A DNA stretch of 63,990 bases, the filler included, from Basidiobolus ranarum (taxonomy: Eukaryota): assembly GCA_040143965.1 (NCBI GenBank). It is 5 parts of 5 records of this genome, joined end to end, with 100 filler letters (N's around TTAATTAATTAA, not from the genome) between each part and the next. Parts side by side here need not be neighbours in the genome. Positions count along the whole stretch, not along the records: positions 1 to 12,777 come from JASJQH010000521.1; positions 12,878 to 25,640 come from JASJQH010000522.1; 3 more parts are not named here. One strand, 5' to 3'. Each line of letters begins with the position of its first letter. Within the stretch, counting starts at the first letter, position 1. Made by a program: the position numbers and the translations under genes. The notes beneath the pieces were generated by a model, which was given only the letters and a program-made list of their open reading frames with translations, searched no databases and was not told where the DNA came from. This document shows positions 11,797-22,857 of this stretch, in pieces.

Positions 11797-12777
11797 TTGG
11801 GTATTGATACATTTAGTAACACGGCAAAAGGTGTTGGAATTTAGATAAACGATTCGTTATAAACTCGGAGGATATGGAGAGAATCTTTTTCGGGGGAAGA
11901 CTAGATTTTACATAAACACGGTTTTTATATAAACATGGTAATAAATTCGTTCGTACTAAAATGAGGGTAACATTTATTTCTCAGGTAACACTTATTTCTC
12001 TTTTTTGAAGGTAACGCTTATTTCTCTTGAGTTTTCTGGTGTGTTTAGAGGAATGCTCAATTAAGAGCATAAGCTTAGAATGCACATACACATGGGATAT
12101 GATAGTGTAAAGTTGGTCTGTTGATTTATATCAAGAAAAATTTCCTTAATTACAAGACAGAATATATATTCTACTTCCGTTTAGAAGATTGCCACTATGT
12201 GAGGGATCTGACAGTCATCAAGCCTAGCATTGGGAATATGCTCATCCGCTGTATTTTCAACGATCGTAAGGCAGGCAATGATACCTTTTAGATAGATAGC
12301 GGCTTATATGGAGCGTCATTACATGCACATGGAATACGATAGTGTAAGATTAGTCTGTTGGGTTATATTGAGAAACACTCCTAATTTTGGGATAGAACAA
12401 ATATTCTACTTCTATTTTGAAAATCGACGTGATAGTAGAGATCTGACAGTCACCAAGCCTGGATCCTGTGTGACAATGGGAATATGCTCATCCACAGTAT
12501 TTTCATCAATCCTGAGCGTTTGCTACAATACGCGAGGATATTATGTTGGTCATTACTCGTGGCAAGAAGGTATTAACGACTCTTCTCTAAGCGAAGGCTT
12601 TATATAAAAGAAGTATATTCATATTATACACCCATAAGTGCCGGTGGCGCTCAACTACAGGTGATGAATCTTTGGAGTTCTTGCTGTATATAGTGATGCT
12701 GTTACTAATTTACAATGCAATGGGAACCACCAGAATATACCTGATGAAAAGTCGCAAGGTTAAGAATATACTCCGAT

Positions 12778-12877
12778 NNNNNNNNNNNNNNNNNNNNNNN
12801 NNNNNNNNNNNNNNNNNNNNNTTAATTAATTAANNNNNNNNNNNNNNNNNNNNNNNNNNNNNNNNNNNNNNNNNNNN
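12778..12877. other. Artificial contig linker
   Basis: N44-TTAATTAATTAA-N44, with stops in all six frames. Confidence 0.98.
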
Positions 12878-13500
12878 GTTCTGGAATATGGAGTACATCT
12901 ACTCCCACTCAACCAAAGAGACTACTCTAAGCTTGATAGATTCATCAGCTACTTCCTCAGGCTGCTGATGCCTGACTTGCCTGAGACTTCCTTTGATCAT
13001 GCTCTAAATGGAACATTTGGATTCTTTGCATATCATATCATAGTAGTGCTACAGAGGGCTACATTTTTACTCCAACTAAAGGACTGCAGAAATGTACTGG
13101 TCAAGAAGTGGCTAGCCATACCATCTTCAAATTCACTATCATGCTGGAAACTAATACAAGATGACCCTCTTGTTTTTGAACTAGCTTTATAACTGCATCA
13201 AACAAAGCAGCCCAAAATTGTTGGTATAGACTTCCAGCTGGATCTTTGGAAGCAACACATTGCCTCCATGACACCTTTTTTGATCCCCATTATTCCAGGT
13301 TTTTGTACTATTGTCCATTTGGTTTATACAAAATATCTTCCTTCCTGCTTACCACCTTTGCCCCTTAACACTGTATTTACATCCTCAGTACTGGAATATA
13401 TTGGTCAACAAGTTAAGTATGGATATGATCTAGTTTTGTCACAATATCTTATAAGATTGATATCAAGATTGTGATGTTGTTTAGATTAGTATATTAGCTA
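12878..13500 (+). mobile_element. Degenerate 3' part of a non-LTR (LINE-like) retrotransposon ORF
   Basis: Frame from 12878 reads VLEYGVHLLPLNQRDYSKLDRFISYFLRLL, resembling the LEYG...L..LE.....LR segment after LINE RT cores. It has an internal stop and no CpG over ~980 bp. Confidence 0.55.
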
Positions 13501-14799
13501 AATAAAGTCCACACCACCTGGTGCTTTTCATCACCCAAAGGTGACTGTCTTTACCCTACCCTTGAAGAACTATACCCTCTGTCTCCCCCCCCCTAATTAT
13601 CTTGCCAATTCCTAAACCTAGCTCTCCAGCTATATTTAGGTTTGTAGATACAATTCAAATTCCCAAAAAGAAATCTAAGAGCCTAACCCTAACCCACCCA
13701 GTCAAGATTCAACCTACTGAATTATTGCTCCCCTGGCATGTAGCACCAGTTAACATCATCCAGGGTTCTCTGCCAGGACCAGTGTTATTTGTCAATTGCT
13801 GATTGTCTTTTATGAGTTAAACTATGCATCCTCACAGATTATACTGGATAATTAATGCTTTACGTTTTGTTTTGTTTAGAAGAAAATGTATACTACACAA
13901 GGTTTACACTACTGGGCACTTTTCATCCTCCTTAGCGTTAGGACTAAACAAAGAACCATAATCTTGCTTTATGGTGCAAAATGTGAAACTAATATGTTAG
14001 GGTTGGTAATTGCTTAGAACTACTTGTGTACTAAGTCGAGCAAGTTTTATCAATTTCTATTGTTATGTAAACACAAGAGTTGCATGATTGCCAAAATGTA
14101 TGGTTCAGCCAGTGATGGAATTTGCAACCGCAGGCAATGATATAATAGATTGTTGGCCTATATAAGTAACTATGTAGAAGTATTCAGGTGTGTGTACAGG
14201 AATATACCAGCGTATACAAAAACATGGAAACTTTTGTACGTTGTAACCGTTCCAAAAATGTATACAAGATTCACTTCCCATGATAAACATTGATAGATGC
14301 GGCAGTAAACGATGATCAAATATATTTCTACATATTTGCCAAGAAATTTTCAACCTTACGCCAAGTGTTCACTAAATGCAATTCACCAAATGGATTAACA
14401 AGATTTTACATGACATATGGGAAAGGATCTTCATGGAGTTTCCATAATCCGATGATTCTGATATTCGTAATACTATAAATCCGGATTTATTTCGGTATCT
14501 AATTCCAACTCTACATGTATTGAATGGCACATTGAAGCATTCATGTGGTAAATTCGCTAATGACAACAATGGCATTTCAGTCTCTCTTTCCCTCAATACA
14601 CTTCATCCAAATACAGATCAATTACTCGTGGGAATACTATTGCATGCCATAATCTACCGATGACAGAGCAAGTATGAGATACACTGGTCTTCTGAAATGG
14701 AATTTGTTCCTAAGAGCTGGAATGAAGGTGCTCAAACTCACTAATCTAACAACTAAGATAAATTGAATAAAATGCATGTCGAGTATTATTGGTCTAAAG

Positions 14800-14990
14800 G
14801 AGGCTCAGTCATTAAGTCTAGAGCGGGGGATTAAGTAGATTTATTCCTTACATGATGCCGGGAGTTCAATCCCGGGCTCGTGTGAGGGTTCGTGTGAATG
14901 TTGATCCCAAAACCAAGCTCAAATGGGTAAGTAAGGAAGGTACAGTTGCCAGATGAAAACAGAGTTGCACTCTATTGAGTAACTAACACA
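14800..14990 (+). mobile_element. Possible tRNA-derived SINE head / degenerate Pol III element
   Basis: B-box-like GGGAGTTCAATCCC forming a T-arm stem-loop (~14860-14873), preceded by a weak A-box-like GGCTCAGT. No complete cloverleaf. Confidence 0.3.
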
Positions 14991-15565
14991 AAACTTGAAT
15001 TTCTTTCACATGATAAACCACGTCAAAATAGAGTTGTATTTTTCAATGGAAGATCTCAAGTCCGAATACCCAAGCCCACCTCCGTGATTTCAGATATCTT
15101 CAGAAAGCGTGAATGAGAATAGCTCTATCGTTTACTCAAGAAGTCCTATCTATAATAAACTCCGAATCTTTCACACACTTGTAAATAGAACAACAGAATA
15201 TATACATTATGAGAAATCCCAGATACACCTTGAAATGAATGAAAACAATGAACGACGAACGTGCCCAATTGATTTGGATATTTGTGGAATTTCTACATCG
15301 TTAATGAGTCAAAGAAACTATCAAAGCCAAGAATACGAAATTGTAGAATTACTCAATAAATTCTACAACGAAGGAGGTAATTTCAGGTTTTTTTGGGCTG
15401 ATAACATCTACTTTAAATTATCGTCTTACCACACAGTAATGTCATATCACATGACCGAGGGCCAAGAAAAGTTAGGATAAAAGGCCATCTGCGCGCGTAC
15501 TATTTTCTTCGAGATACTTGAAATTCACATCAAGCTAACACGCTAAAGGGAAAGACGGAGTCATA

Positions 15566-17545
15566 ATGAAAGAAATGATTTACTACACTAGCTTTGCAGC
15601 TTTACTGCTATCTACATCCTTGATCATCTCTTGCACAGCCTCGAAAGGCCCAGAAATGTCAGCAGAAAAAGTCAGCTTAGGAGGGCCACGCGATGCCAAA
15701 GAAGTTGAAGCATTTGCCGACACCATATTCACAAGTACAATGAAGAAATTCAACGTTATCGGCTCTAACTTTGTAGTTGTCCGAGATGGGAATGTAATAT
15801 TAAGCAAAGGTTATGGCTATGCAGATAAGGAGAGGCAAATACCCGTGGACAAAAACACGGTTTTTCAAATTGGCTCGGTGACAAAATCGTTTACTGCTCT
15901 AGCCGTTATGCAACTTGTTGATCGAGGTAAAATAAATCTACATCGTGATATACAAAAATACCTTGGTGGGCTAAAGGTGCCGAATAAAACAGGGAAGCCT
16001 CTAACAATGTATGACTTACTGACGTATACGAGTGGTGTGGACTCTCCAGATATCGTATCAGAGTTTTCCCCTGACTACATAGACAAATATATTCCACTTA
16101 AAGAATTCCTTATCACCCATATGCCAACTGTGATAAGGCCCCCCGGAGAAGCCTATACGTACGATAACTTTGGGTTTATGTTAGCCGGGTACGCAATACA
16201 AAAAGTCAGTGGGATTCCATACTCGCAATATATGGAAAAATATATATTCAAGCCTCTTGGTATGAATGTAACGAATGTTAAGTTTACACCAGAGTTACTT
16301 GCTAACTTGGCTGCGCACTATGGACCGAACGGAGAACTCCTAGATACAGTAGGATTGGCGCCGTCCGAGTGTCCTCAAGGAGGTATGCTTTCGACAGGTG
16401 AAGACATGGCAAAGTACTTGATCATGCATCTAAACAAAGGAGAGTACGGTAGCAAAAGAATCGTAAGCCAAAAAAGTATCCGTCAAATGCATACGTATCA
16501 GATCTTTGTTGATCCTACAATACCCATTACAACCGTAGGGTTTGAAGGTTATTTCAAGGAGTTGATGAACGATGAGCATGTAATTTTGAAAGGAGGTAAT
16601 CTTCCGGGTCATTCATCTCTGGTGGCTATCTTGCCAGAGAAAAATACGGCACTTTACATGTCTTACAACAGTGATTGTATGATGAGCGTGGATATTTACG
16701 AAGCCTTTATGAATCACTATTATCCCAAAGCTAACAAGACCCTGCCATCGGTCTATATGCCTCTAAATGAGCAACTAGCACAGGATTATCTGGGTATATA
16801 CCAAAATACTCGGATGCACGCGTTGAGAACTTTGATCTCATATCAGAACGGAACACTGCTGATGGAGACGGAGGCAACAGGCAAGCAGATACTCCAGATG
16901 AAACATCCTCTATTGTTTGAAGATGAATTAGGTAGAAAAGTAGCCTTCAAGCGTGATTCTTCTGGGAGTATCGCATATATGTACAATACGAATCCTAAGG
17001 GGCTGGATTTGGTTGCGTATGCGCAAAAGTTTAACATGAAAGCAGCGTTTTCCGATATACCTAGTGATAGTAAATACAAGACGTATATTGATCATCTAAA
17101 CGCACTAGATATTATGAAAGGCAAATCAGAGAACCTCTTTGATCCTAATGGAACTATGACACAGGGAGAGTTTGCGGAAGCGCTTTTACGGGCTCATGGA
17201 TGGGATGATGTTACTTATGCAGCCAAAAAAAATAGGAAATTGATGTTGGTAGGAGTCTCCGATTATCAGCCAACTACTCCGATCACCAGAAAAATGGCAG
17301 CTGTTATGATTCAAAACCTCAAAAATCCCGCGACTGAATCACAGATTAGATTGTCTGGTCAAACAGATACTTGGGCAGCAGAGGCCATCGCTGCGCTTGT
17401 GTTTCAGGGCATTGTGGATCCAGATACAAAGACAAGCTCCGATCATACTGTGGATTTCCGCCCAGAAGAGAATTTAAGTCGCCAAGAAGCTAGTGCGTTA
17501 CTTGATATAGGTTTCGGTTGCTATACATTACCAAATATGCCTTAA
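15566..17545 (+). CDS. Intronless serine hydrolase of the class C beta-lactamase/CubicO (peptidase S12) family with C-terminal S-layer homology (SLH) domains; bacterial-type
   Basis: Signal peptide with lipobox-like IISC; F-x-IGSVTK (SxxK); LLTYTSG; PGEAYTYDN (YxN); KGGNLPG; SLH-type FSDIP...Y..YI..L....IMKG....FDPNGTMTQGEFA and WAAEAIAAL...GIV...FRPEENLSRQEASALL. Confidence 0.93.
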   Translation: MKEMIYYTSFAALLLSTSLIISCTASKGPEMSAEKVSLGGPRDAKEVEAFADTIFTSTMKKFNVIGSNFVVVRDGNVILSKGYGYADKERQIPVDKNTVFQIGSVTKSFTALAVMQLVDRGKINLHRDIQKYLGGLKVPNKTGKPLTMYDLLTYTSGVDSPDIVSEFSPDYIDKYIPLKEFLITHMPTVIRPPGEAYTYDNFGFMLAGYAIQKVSGIPYSQYMEKYIFKPLGMNVTNVKFTPELLANLAAHYGPNGELLDTVGLAPSECPQGGMLSTGEDMAKYLIMHLNKGEYGSKRIVSQKSIRQMHTYQIFVDPTIPITTVGFEGYFKELMNDEHVILKGGNLPGHSSLVAILPEKNTALYMSYNSDCMMSVDIYEAFMNHYYPKANKTLPSVYMPLNEQLAQDYLGIYQNTRMHALRTLISYQNGTLLMETEATGKQILQMKHPLLFEDELGRKVAFKRDSSGSIAYMYNTNPKGLDLVAYAQKFNMKAAFSDIPSDSKYKTYIDHLNALDIMKGKSENLFDPNGTMTQGEFAEALLRAHGWDDVTYAAKKNRKLMLVGVSDYQPTTPITRKMAAVMIQNLKNPATESQIRLSGQTDTWAAEAIAALVFQGIVDPDTKTSSDHTVDFRPEENLSRQEASALLDIGFGCYTLPNMP

Positions 17546-19477
17546 TTTTGCTATGGAACTAAGGTTATTACAAATATCATGTATATTTGATCTGTTTATA
17601 TGGCACCCCTTGATTTCTCGATTCTTATTTATTCTCTCACCTTTTTTAATAACGACAAATTCAAAGATGGGAGAAAAGTACACCAATAGTATCATTAAAT
17701 ATATATTTATTTATTACCCACACCAGCATATTTAATTAAACATCTGCGGATCTTCACTCCAATCCAGTTACACTTGGGTTCTCGAAATAATGAAGTGGTG
17801 TAAACAACTTCTTTTAGCTGGCTTAAAACACGGTATTTTTCTTGCTTTTCTATAATCTGTAAATTATAAAGGAATATAACGAGATACGTGTGCTTATACC
17901 AATATGTTACAAAAGCAAGACTAAGTTACATCAACCTCCAAATCGTAACCTCTAAAAAGGGAGATGTCTTGGCATCCAGTAACATAACCTGCTCATCACC
18001 TCCAACTTCAAGTCTTCAAAATCGCCATCTGAATATTCTTTATAAAATAGACAATGTCTTTTTATGACTTCTAAGCCCTTAGACATTGCCTGCTGATTAA
18101 AAGACCGTGAATATAACTTCATGCTTCTTGTTCAGACGGTCATACAGCTTCTAATTCACAATCAGTGATTTTATCTGGGTCAAGTGAATAGCTATGTTCT
18201 AAACAAGGGTAGCAAATCTATTGTAATCCACATAGCAGGATTTCGTTTCTTTGTTAAAGATCTTTAGGAGTATTTCCATACCCCGGAAGAGTAAAATAAT
18301 GTGTTATATATAACCGATCTCTTTGAAAGGTTAGCAATGTGTATCTTTGCCATAGCTCAGTATTATTAGTGACTACCTTATACTACCAAATGAAATCAGT
18401 GAGCGATAGATTGGATAATTTTTGAAATTCGATCTTCCCAATAAGGGAAGCAGTTATCAAACCTTAATATTCCATAAATGATTTCCCGTCGTATCACTTG
18501 AAAACCACAAAGAATCTAACAATTAGTGCCCTTGTGAGTTTTTGAACTCAACTTGAAGTATAAATAGCGCCTACATGAAAGTGTATGTATACCATTATAT
18601 CGGCAGTATTCAAGCACATCATGGTTGCTTCCTCCTCACTCTTTGCAGTGCTCTAAGGCGAAAATCTGGTGGAGCCTGTGATGTTTTCTCGCCAGTTACA
18701 GCCTACCCCAATTTATTCCTTAATCGTGAGCGTATAAAGTCATATGTTGCCAAAGAGATTGCTAGATCTGAAAATAACTTGAGAATCAAAAATATTGACT
18801 TGATCCCCACAGAGTAATTAAGGACTAGCCTCAATTAAACTACATCGCCTCTGTTAGTGCCAATAACACAGGCACATATGTGAGTATTAGATGACCAGAG
18901 TACTCCGACACTAATCAGGGTGATTGTCATATTTATGTCCAATTTCGTCAAGTGGTACAAAAGTGCCCTAGCTATTTTATCTGGATCAAGTTTCAATAAT
19001 AAATGTATCTATTGCTCAGTTATTCCACGACCTGGCAAAGCAAAAATATCTCAGGAACATCAACTTAAATGTTGCTAAAAGACTTGCTAATGACAATGCA
19101 ATGATTCACCCATGTAAACAATTGCAAAGAAACCATAGAATCTATATTAAACACTATTTTATTGTAGTTGTATTGGTAATAATAGAGTGATCTCTATGTA
19201 TGAGTGTATATAAATATATCTGGTTATTTGGCACCATTCCCATTAGGTAAAATGTTGAAGTGTAGCACAGCATCGTGCCGCTCCAGTAGACTTTGCTCTG
19301 GTTGGGTACAAATGTAGTCAATTACAGCTTGGCAGCATATGAACATAGTAATTTTTAAAGTATATTGAGGAGCCTGTCGGAAGTGGTTTGGTGAACTAGA
19401 GAAAGCGGTGGTTTTTGCTTATTGATATATTGAGTTCAAAGTTGACATTGATAGTTTTGTCCAGATGAAGACAAACT

Positions 19478-19695
19478 AACATGTAGAATGTGTTAAGGAA
19501 GGTCCCGGGAACATGTGTCCCAAGTTTGGGGCTTCTAGCACAAGTTTGAATAAATCTATATCTGAAAACTTGTAAGTTGGTGTCAATGTTCCAAGTAAAT
19601 TCCACTTGACAATAATGGGTGATATCTTAGTTTAATATAGAATAACTAAACACTAAGCTATATATGACTATAAAGGCACTTAGCAATGCTAATTT
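19478..19695. repeat. Dispersed repeat fragment (LTR/TE debris), homologous to 25340-25525
   Basis: Shared blocks: tatatctga.aactt...gttggtgtcaat.ttc.aagtaaattcc.cttga...ctaagctat...gcaatgctaatt and tagaatgtgttaa..aaggtc. Confidence 0.7.
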
Positions 19696-21059
19696 CGACT
19701 GCAATTCCACTCGCGCTCCAAGAAAAATGAGATATTTACCTTATTGTATTATTACTCCTTTCACTGCAAGGATCCGGTGGAAATAGTTTGCCTGCATTTT
19801 GGCTGCTGTTTAAATGATGCAATATCCCTCACAAAAGCTACTCTTGTGATATCCACCTGAATTTAATTTTCTAATTACTAACTTGCAACAGATTAAGTAT
19901 TCATCCAAATGATGAGCACCTCTACTAGTATTATCTCATTATAAATCTACATGTAAAAATGTTTTTGGTTTGTTTCTAACCCAGCTGGTTTTGAAAGATA
20001 AGCTGATTTAAAAATATGAGCAGTAAATTATTGCTATCATAGCACTTTTTGGTAATTTTATGATATTAATTCTGTAACAGCCTTTGGAGTTGATAGTTCC
20101 TGCTCTAACTACAGTCATTGACAACATTAATAAAAGACTGAAGATAAAGAAACTTCATGATAAACAACAAAAAGCATGTCTTTAATGCACATATAATATC
20201 CCATATATTTAGTTATTTTCTTACCATGGTTGCACTTAGAAATACGATTATTATATATACCATAAAATGAACTGCAAACAATAATCATGAGACCTTCTCC
20301 CTGCTGGCATCTTTGATACATTACCTCAAGTAGCAAAGAATATTATAATTACAGTGGAACGATTATTGTTCGAAATGAAGTAAAGTATGATTGAAAGCTG
20401 AGGAATGGGAAATGTATTAAATATAAGGAGTACTGGGAGCAACAGGCTTGAGTAATATTACGGCAACCTATGTGACGGACACCGATCTTTGTTTGCAAGA
20501 GTATATGATTATGTGTATATTTATTAAAGTTATTGGCTTTTTCAACGCGGGAAATCTATTCTAATTGCCCATAATACTGGGACATGCTTCTATCACCCAA
20601 AATCTTTTCTTTTTCACCAATATTTCCTGTAAATATTTAGCATACTGCTATATGTCGTACCTCTATCACTTTGGCCGGGAATTATGTTACCCAGAGTTAG
20701 CTGTACAGTCTATAGTCAATTTACTTTTATCTTCGGTGTTTCATTCACTTCGACTTTGTAAGCTATTTATACCTGCAAACTTATCAGAAGATGGGGCCAT
20801 AGTGTAATCAGTACAAGTAAGAACTGCCTCTCAAGCGTACATACTACACGGTAAGTTCCAGTGAGAAGTTTATATTTATTTCAGGATTTGAGTGCTGTGT
20901 TTGCTACGATAAAGTCATATTTTATAAACAAGTTCCTATTCTTTAGTAGTGTTATGATTAGCGGGCGTCTCAAGGCCTAAGAAACCACGAATCCCCTTTG
21001 ATTTACATTTCACTGGTTCATCGCCTAAAAGTAATAAACGTTAATAGCAGTAAATAGAT

Positions 21060-22857
21060 CTAAATAATGTATTTTGACTTACCTATATTCTCCGTGAGCT
21101 TATATGGCTTAATGGATAATGAGCATATATACGTGAGTAACATCATCCCAATAGCATACCACGCCAAAACTCTGATTGTGCCGGACCATGCATCTTTGAT
21201 CCCAGCGATATACTGAGGATTCATCCCAACAAGAGAAGCGCCAGTTTTAGCCGCTGTAAATATGGCATCTGGAGTGTCTGGTGGCAAGTAAAATTTAAGC
21301 TTAGAGGCAAAGGTTGCATTGAATACTGCACCTGTAACGGAGCTGAAGAAAGAACCAAAAATTCCGGCCAAAAAGCCCAGCAACATCACTACTTGAGCAA
21401 TATCTGGAAGGATAGAATTTAGTGGTGAGAACAAGAGTGGTATAGATATGCAGGGTACCTACCTTCGATTGGATGGCAGGATTGAGTGGACAAAACTAAG
21501 GATAAATATTGCATGCCTACACCCAAACCAACAACGCCGGTGGATATAAATACAAGTGCCTTTGAAGTCTCAGTAAATGCGAAAGTTAACGAAATCCCCG
21601 TGATTGTGATCAATGGAGAAACGAGAAGGAACGGCTTGACAAGGCCATATTTGGTTAAAATAAGACCCTCTGTAATTCCAGCAAAAGTAGAGGCTACTAC
21701 GTATGGAGTTCCTATGTAACCGTACTCTCTATCAGATACATTATTCACTGCTTTCGCGTAGAGATTAAGGTACAGCATCCAACCAAACACCCCAGCACTT
21801 TGGAAAATATTGGCGGCAATTGCCCAATTCATAGGGGATTTTTTGAATAAACGCAATTGAATGACTGGTCTTTCAAGTTTGACAAGCTTGGTAACGTAAA
21901 CAACGAACGCAGCAAAGAAAAGCACTCCACAGACAAGGCAAGCGATTATAGTCACGCTGTTCCATGGATATTTAGTCCCTCCCCAATTAGCTGACAAAGT
22001 GATTAAAGTAGTGCCAGCAATAATCAGAATGAACCCAATGTAGTCTATTTGACGGACTTTTGCATGCCAGTCAGCAGCAGTCTTCTGTGGTAGCTTCATC
22101 TTCAAGATCAGCGGAAATACAAGAACACTTAGTGAAAGCCATATGTAAAAAACGTGACGCCATTTTCCACGAGTGGTAAAAGTGGCAGCAACTAATGGTG
22201 CTGTTAGTGCAGTGAGAATGTAGATCACATTTTGTACGGAAGACCAGAGACCACGCTTACGAAGTGGAAGAGCGGCTATAGCATCAAAGTCAGTTCATGA
22301 GTCTAAAGGGTACTATATAAAATATAAACTTACTTGATATGACAATAGATCCGGAGATACTAAGCCCTTGTTGACCCAAACTTCGAATGCATGCAGCAGC
22401 AATGAACATATTCCAATTTACGGATAGGCCACTGAGAGCACACCCAAGAATGAAGATAAAGAGTGACATGAGGTAAGTTTGCTTATAGCCAAAGATGTCC
22501 CCACTATTAGCTACTATTGGTGGAGTCACAGCGTGAATGACACTAGTAAAAGAGGACATCAGAGCAAGCCCACTCAAAGCTTGAAACTCTTCAATATAGG
22601 ATCTTTGTAAAGTGCCTTCTGAATACATCATATAACCAGTCATCAAGTCAGCGGAGCACAGTCTACGATGGAACAAAAAGGTGAGTTCTCTGAGAAAGCG
22701 ATTTACTGTTTTGAATGACTACCCACCCAAGATAACCAACAAGAAAGTTCCCAAAACTTTGGTTGGTCTTAACTCCCTCTTGGTTTCTTAACTCGCTATG
22801 AACTACCTCAGCATTGGAAATACTGGCTTTCTTTTCTCCAAGGTTTATTTCGGACAT
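21060..22857 (-). CDS. MFS transporter, 14-TMS DHA2/ARN (siderophore-iron transporter-like), 4 exons
   Basis: PPIVANSGDIFG (motif A region), LPLRKRGLW, GKWRHVFYIW, IDYIGFIL, GGTKYPWNSVTIIACLVCG. GT-AG introns at ~22726-22663, ~22333-22277 and ~21462-21403. Confidence 0.85.

Larger units (their letters stand above)
1..12777 (-). repeat. Nested tandem array: 1.5-2.9 kb higher-order units built from diverged ~250-bp modules
   Basis: Recurring blocks seen directly: 60-250 ~ 3110-3300; 415-585 ~ 1820-1995 ~ 5410-5570 ~ 11045-11160; 2130-2430 ~ 3670-3970 ~ 5860-6160 ~ 8530-8835; 4330-4560 ~ 6570-6800 ~ 6820-7060 ~ 9230-9470 ~ 12110-12320 ~ 12340-12515; 4560-4940 ~ 7050-7420 ~ 9460-9850; 10610-10770 ~ 12610-12777. 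Confidence 0.93.

Noticed and set aside
1-12777. Repeat array read as a CRISPR array or endogenous virus
   Set aside because: There are no short identical repeats with unique spacers and no Rep, capsid or polymerase motifs. The units contain spliceosomal introns.
13682-13695. CCTAACCCTAACCC telomere-like motif
   Set aside because: Only about two units, internal to the contig, and compatible with chance.
15109-15480. 123-aa ORF just upstream of the beta-lactamase-like gene as a co-transferred operon partner
   Set aside because: GTG start, no recognisable motif and no evidence of bacterial origin.
17900-18500. Stop-interrupted minus-strand reading frame (similar cases at 14050-14700, 23080-24450, 44010-44420, 50150-51340)
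   Set aside because: Possibly decayed genes or TEs, but I could not recognise a family or build a consistent model.
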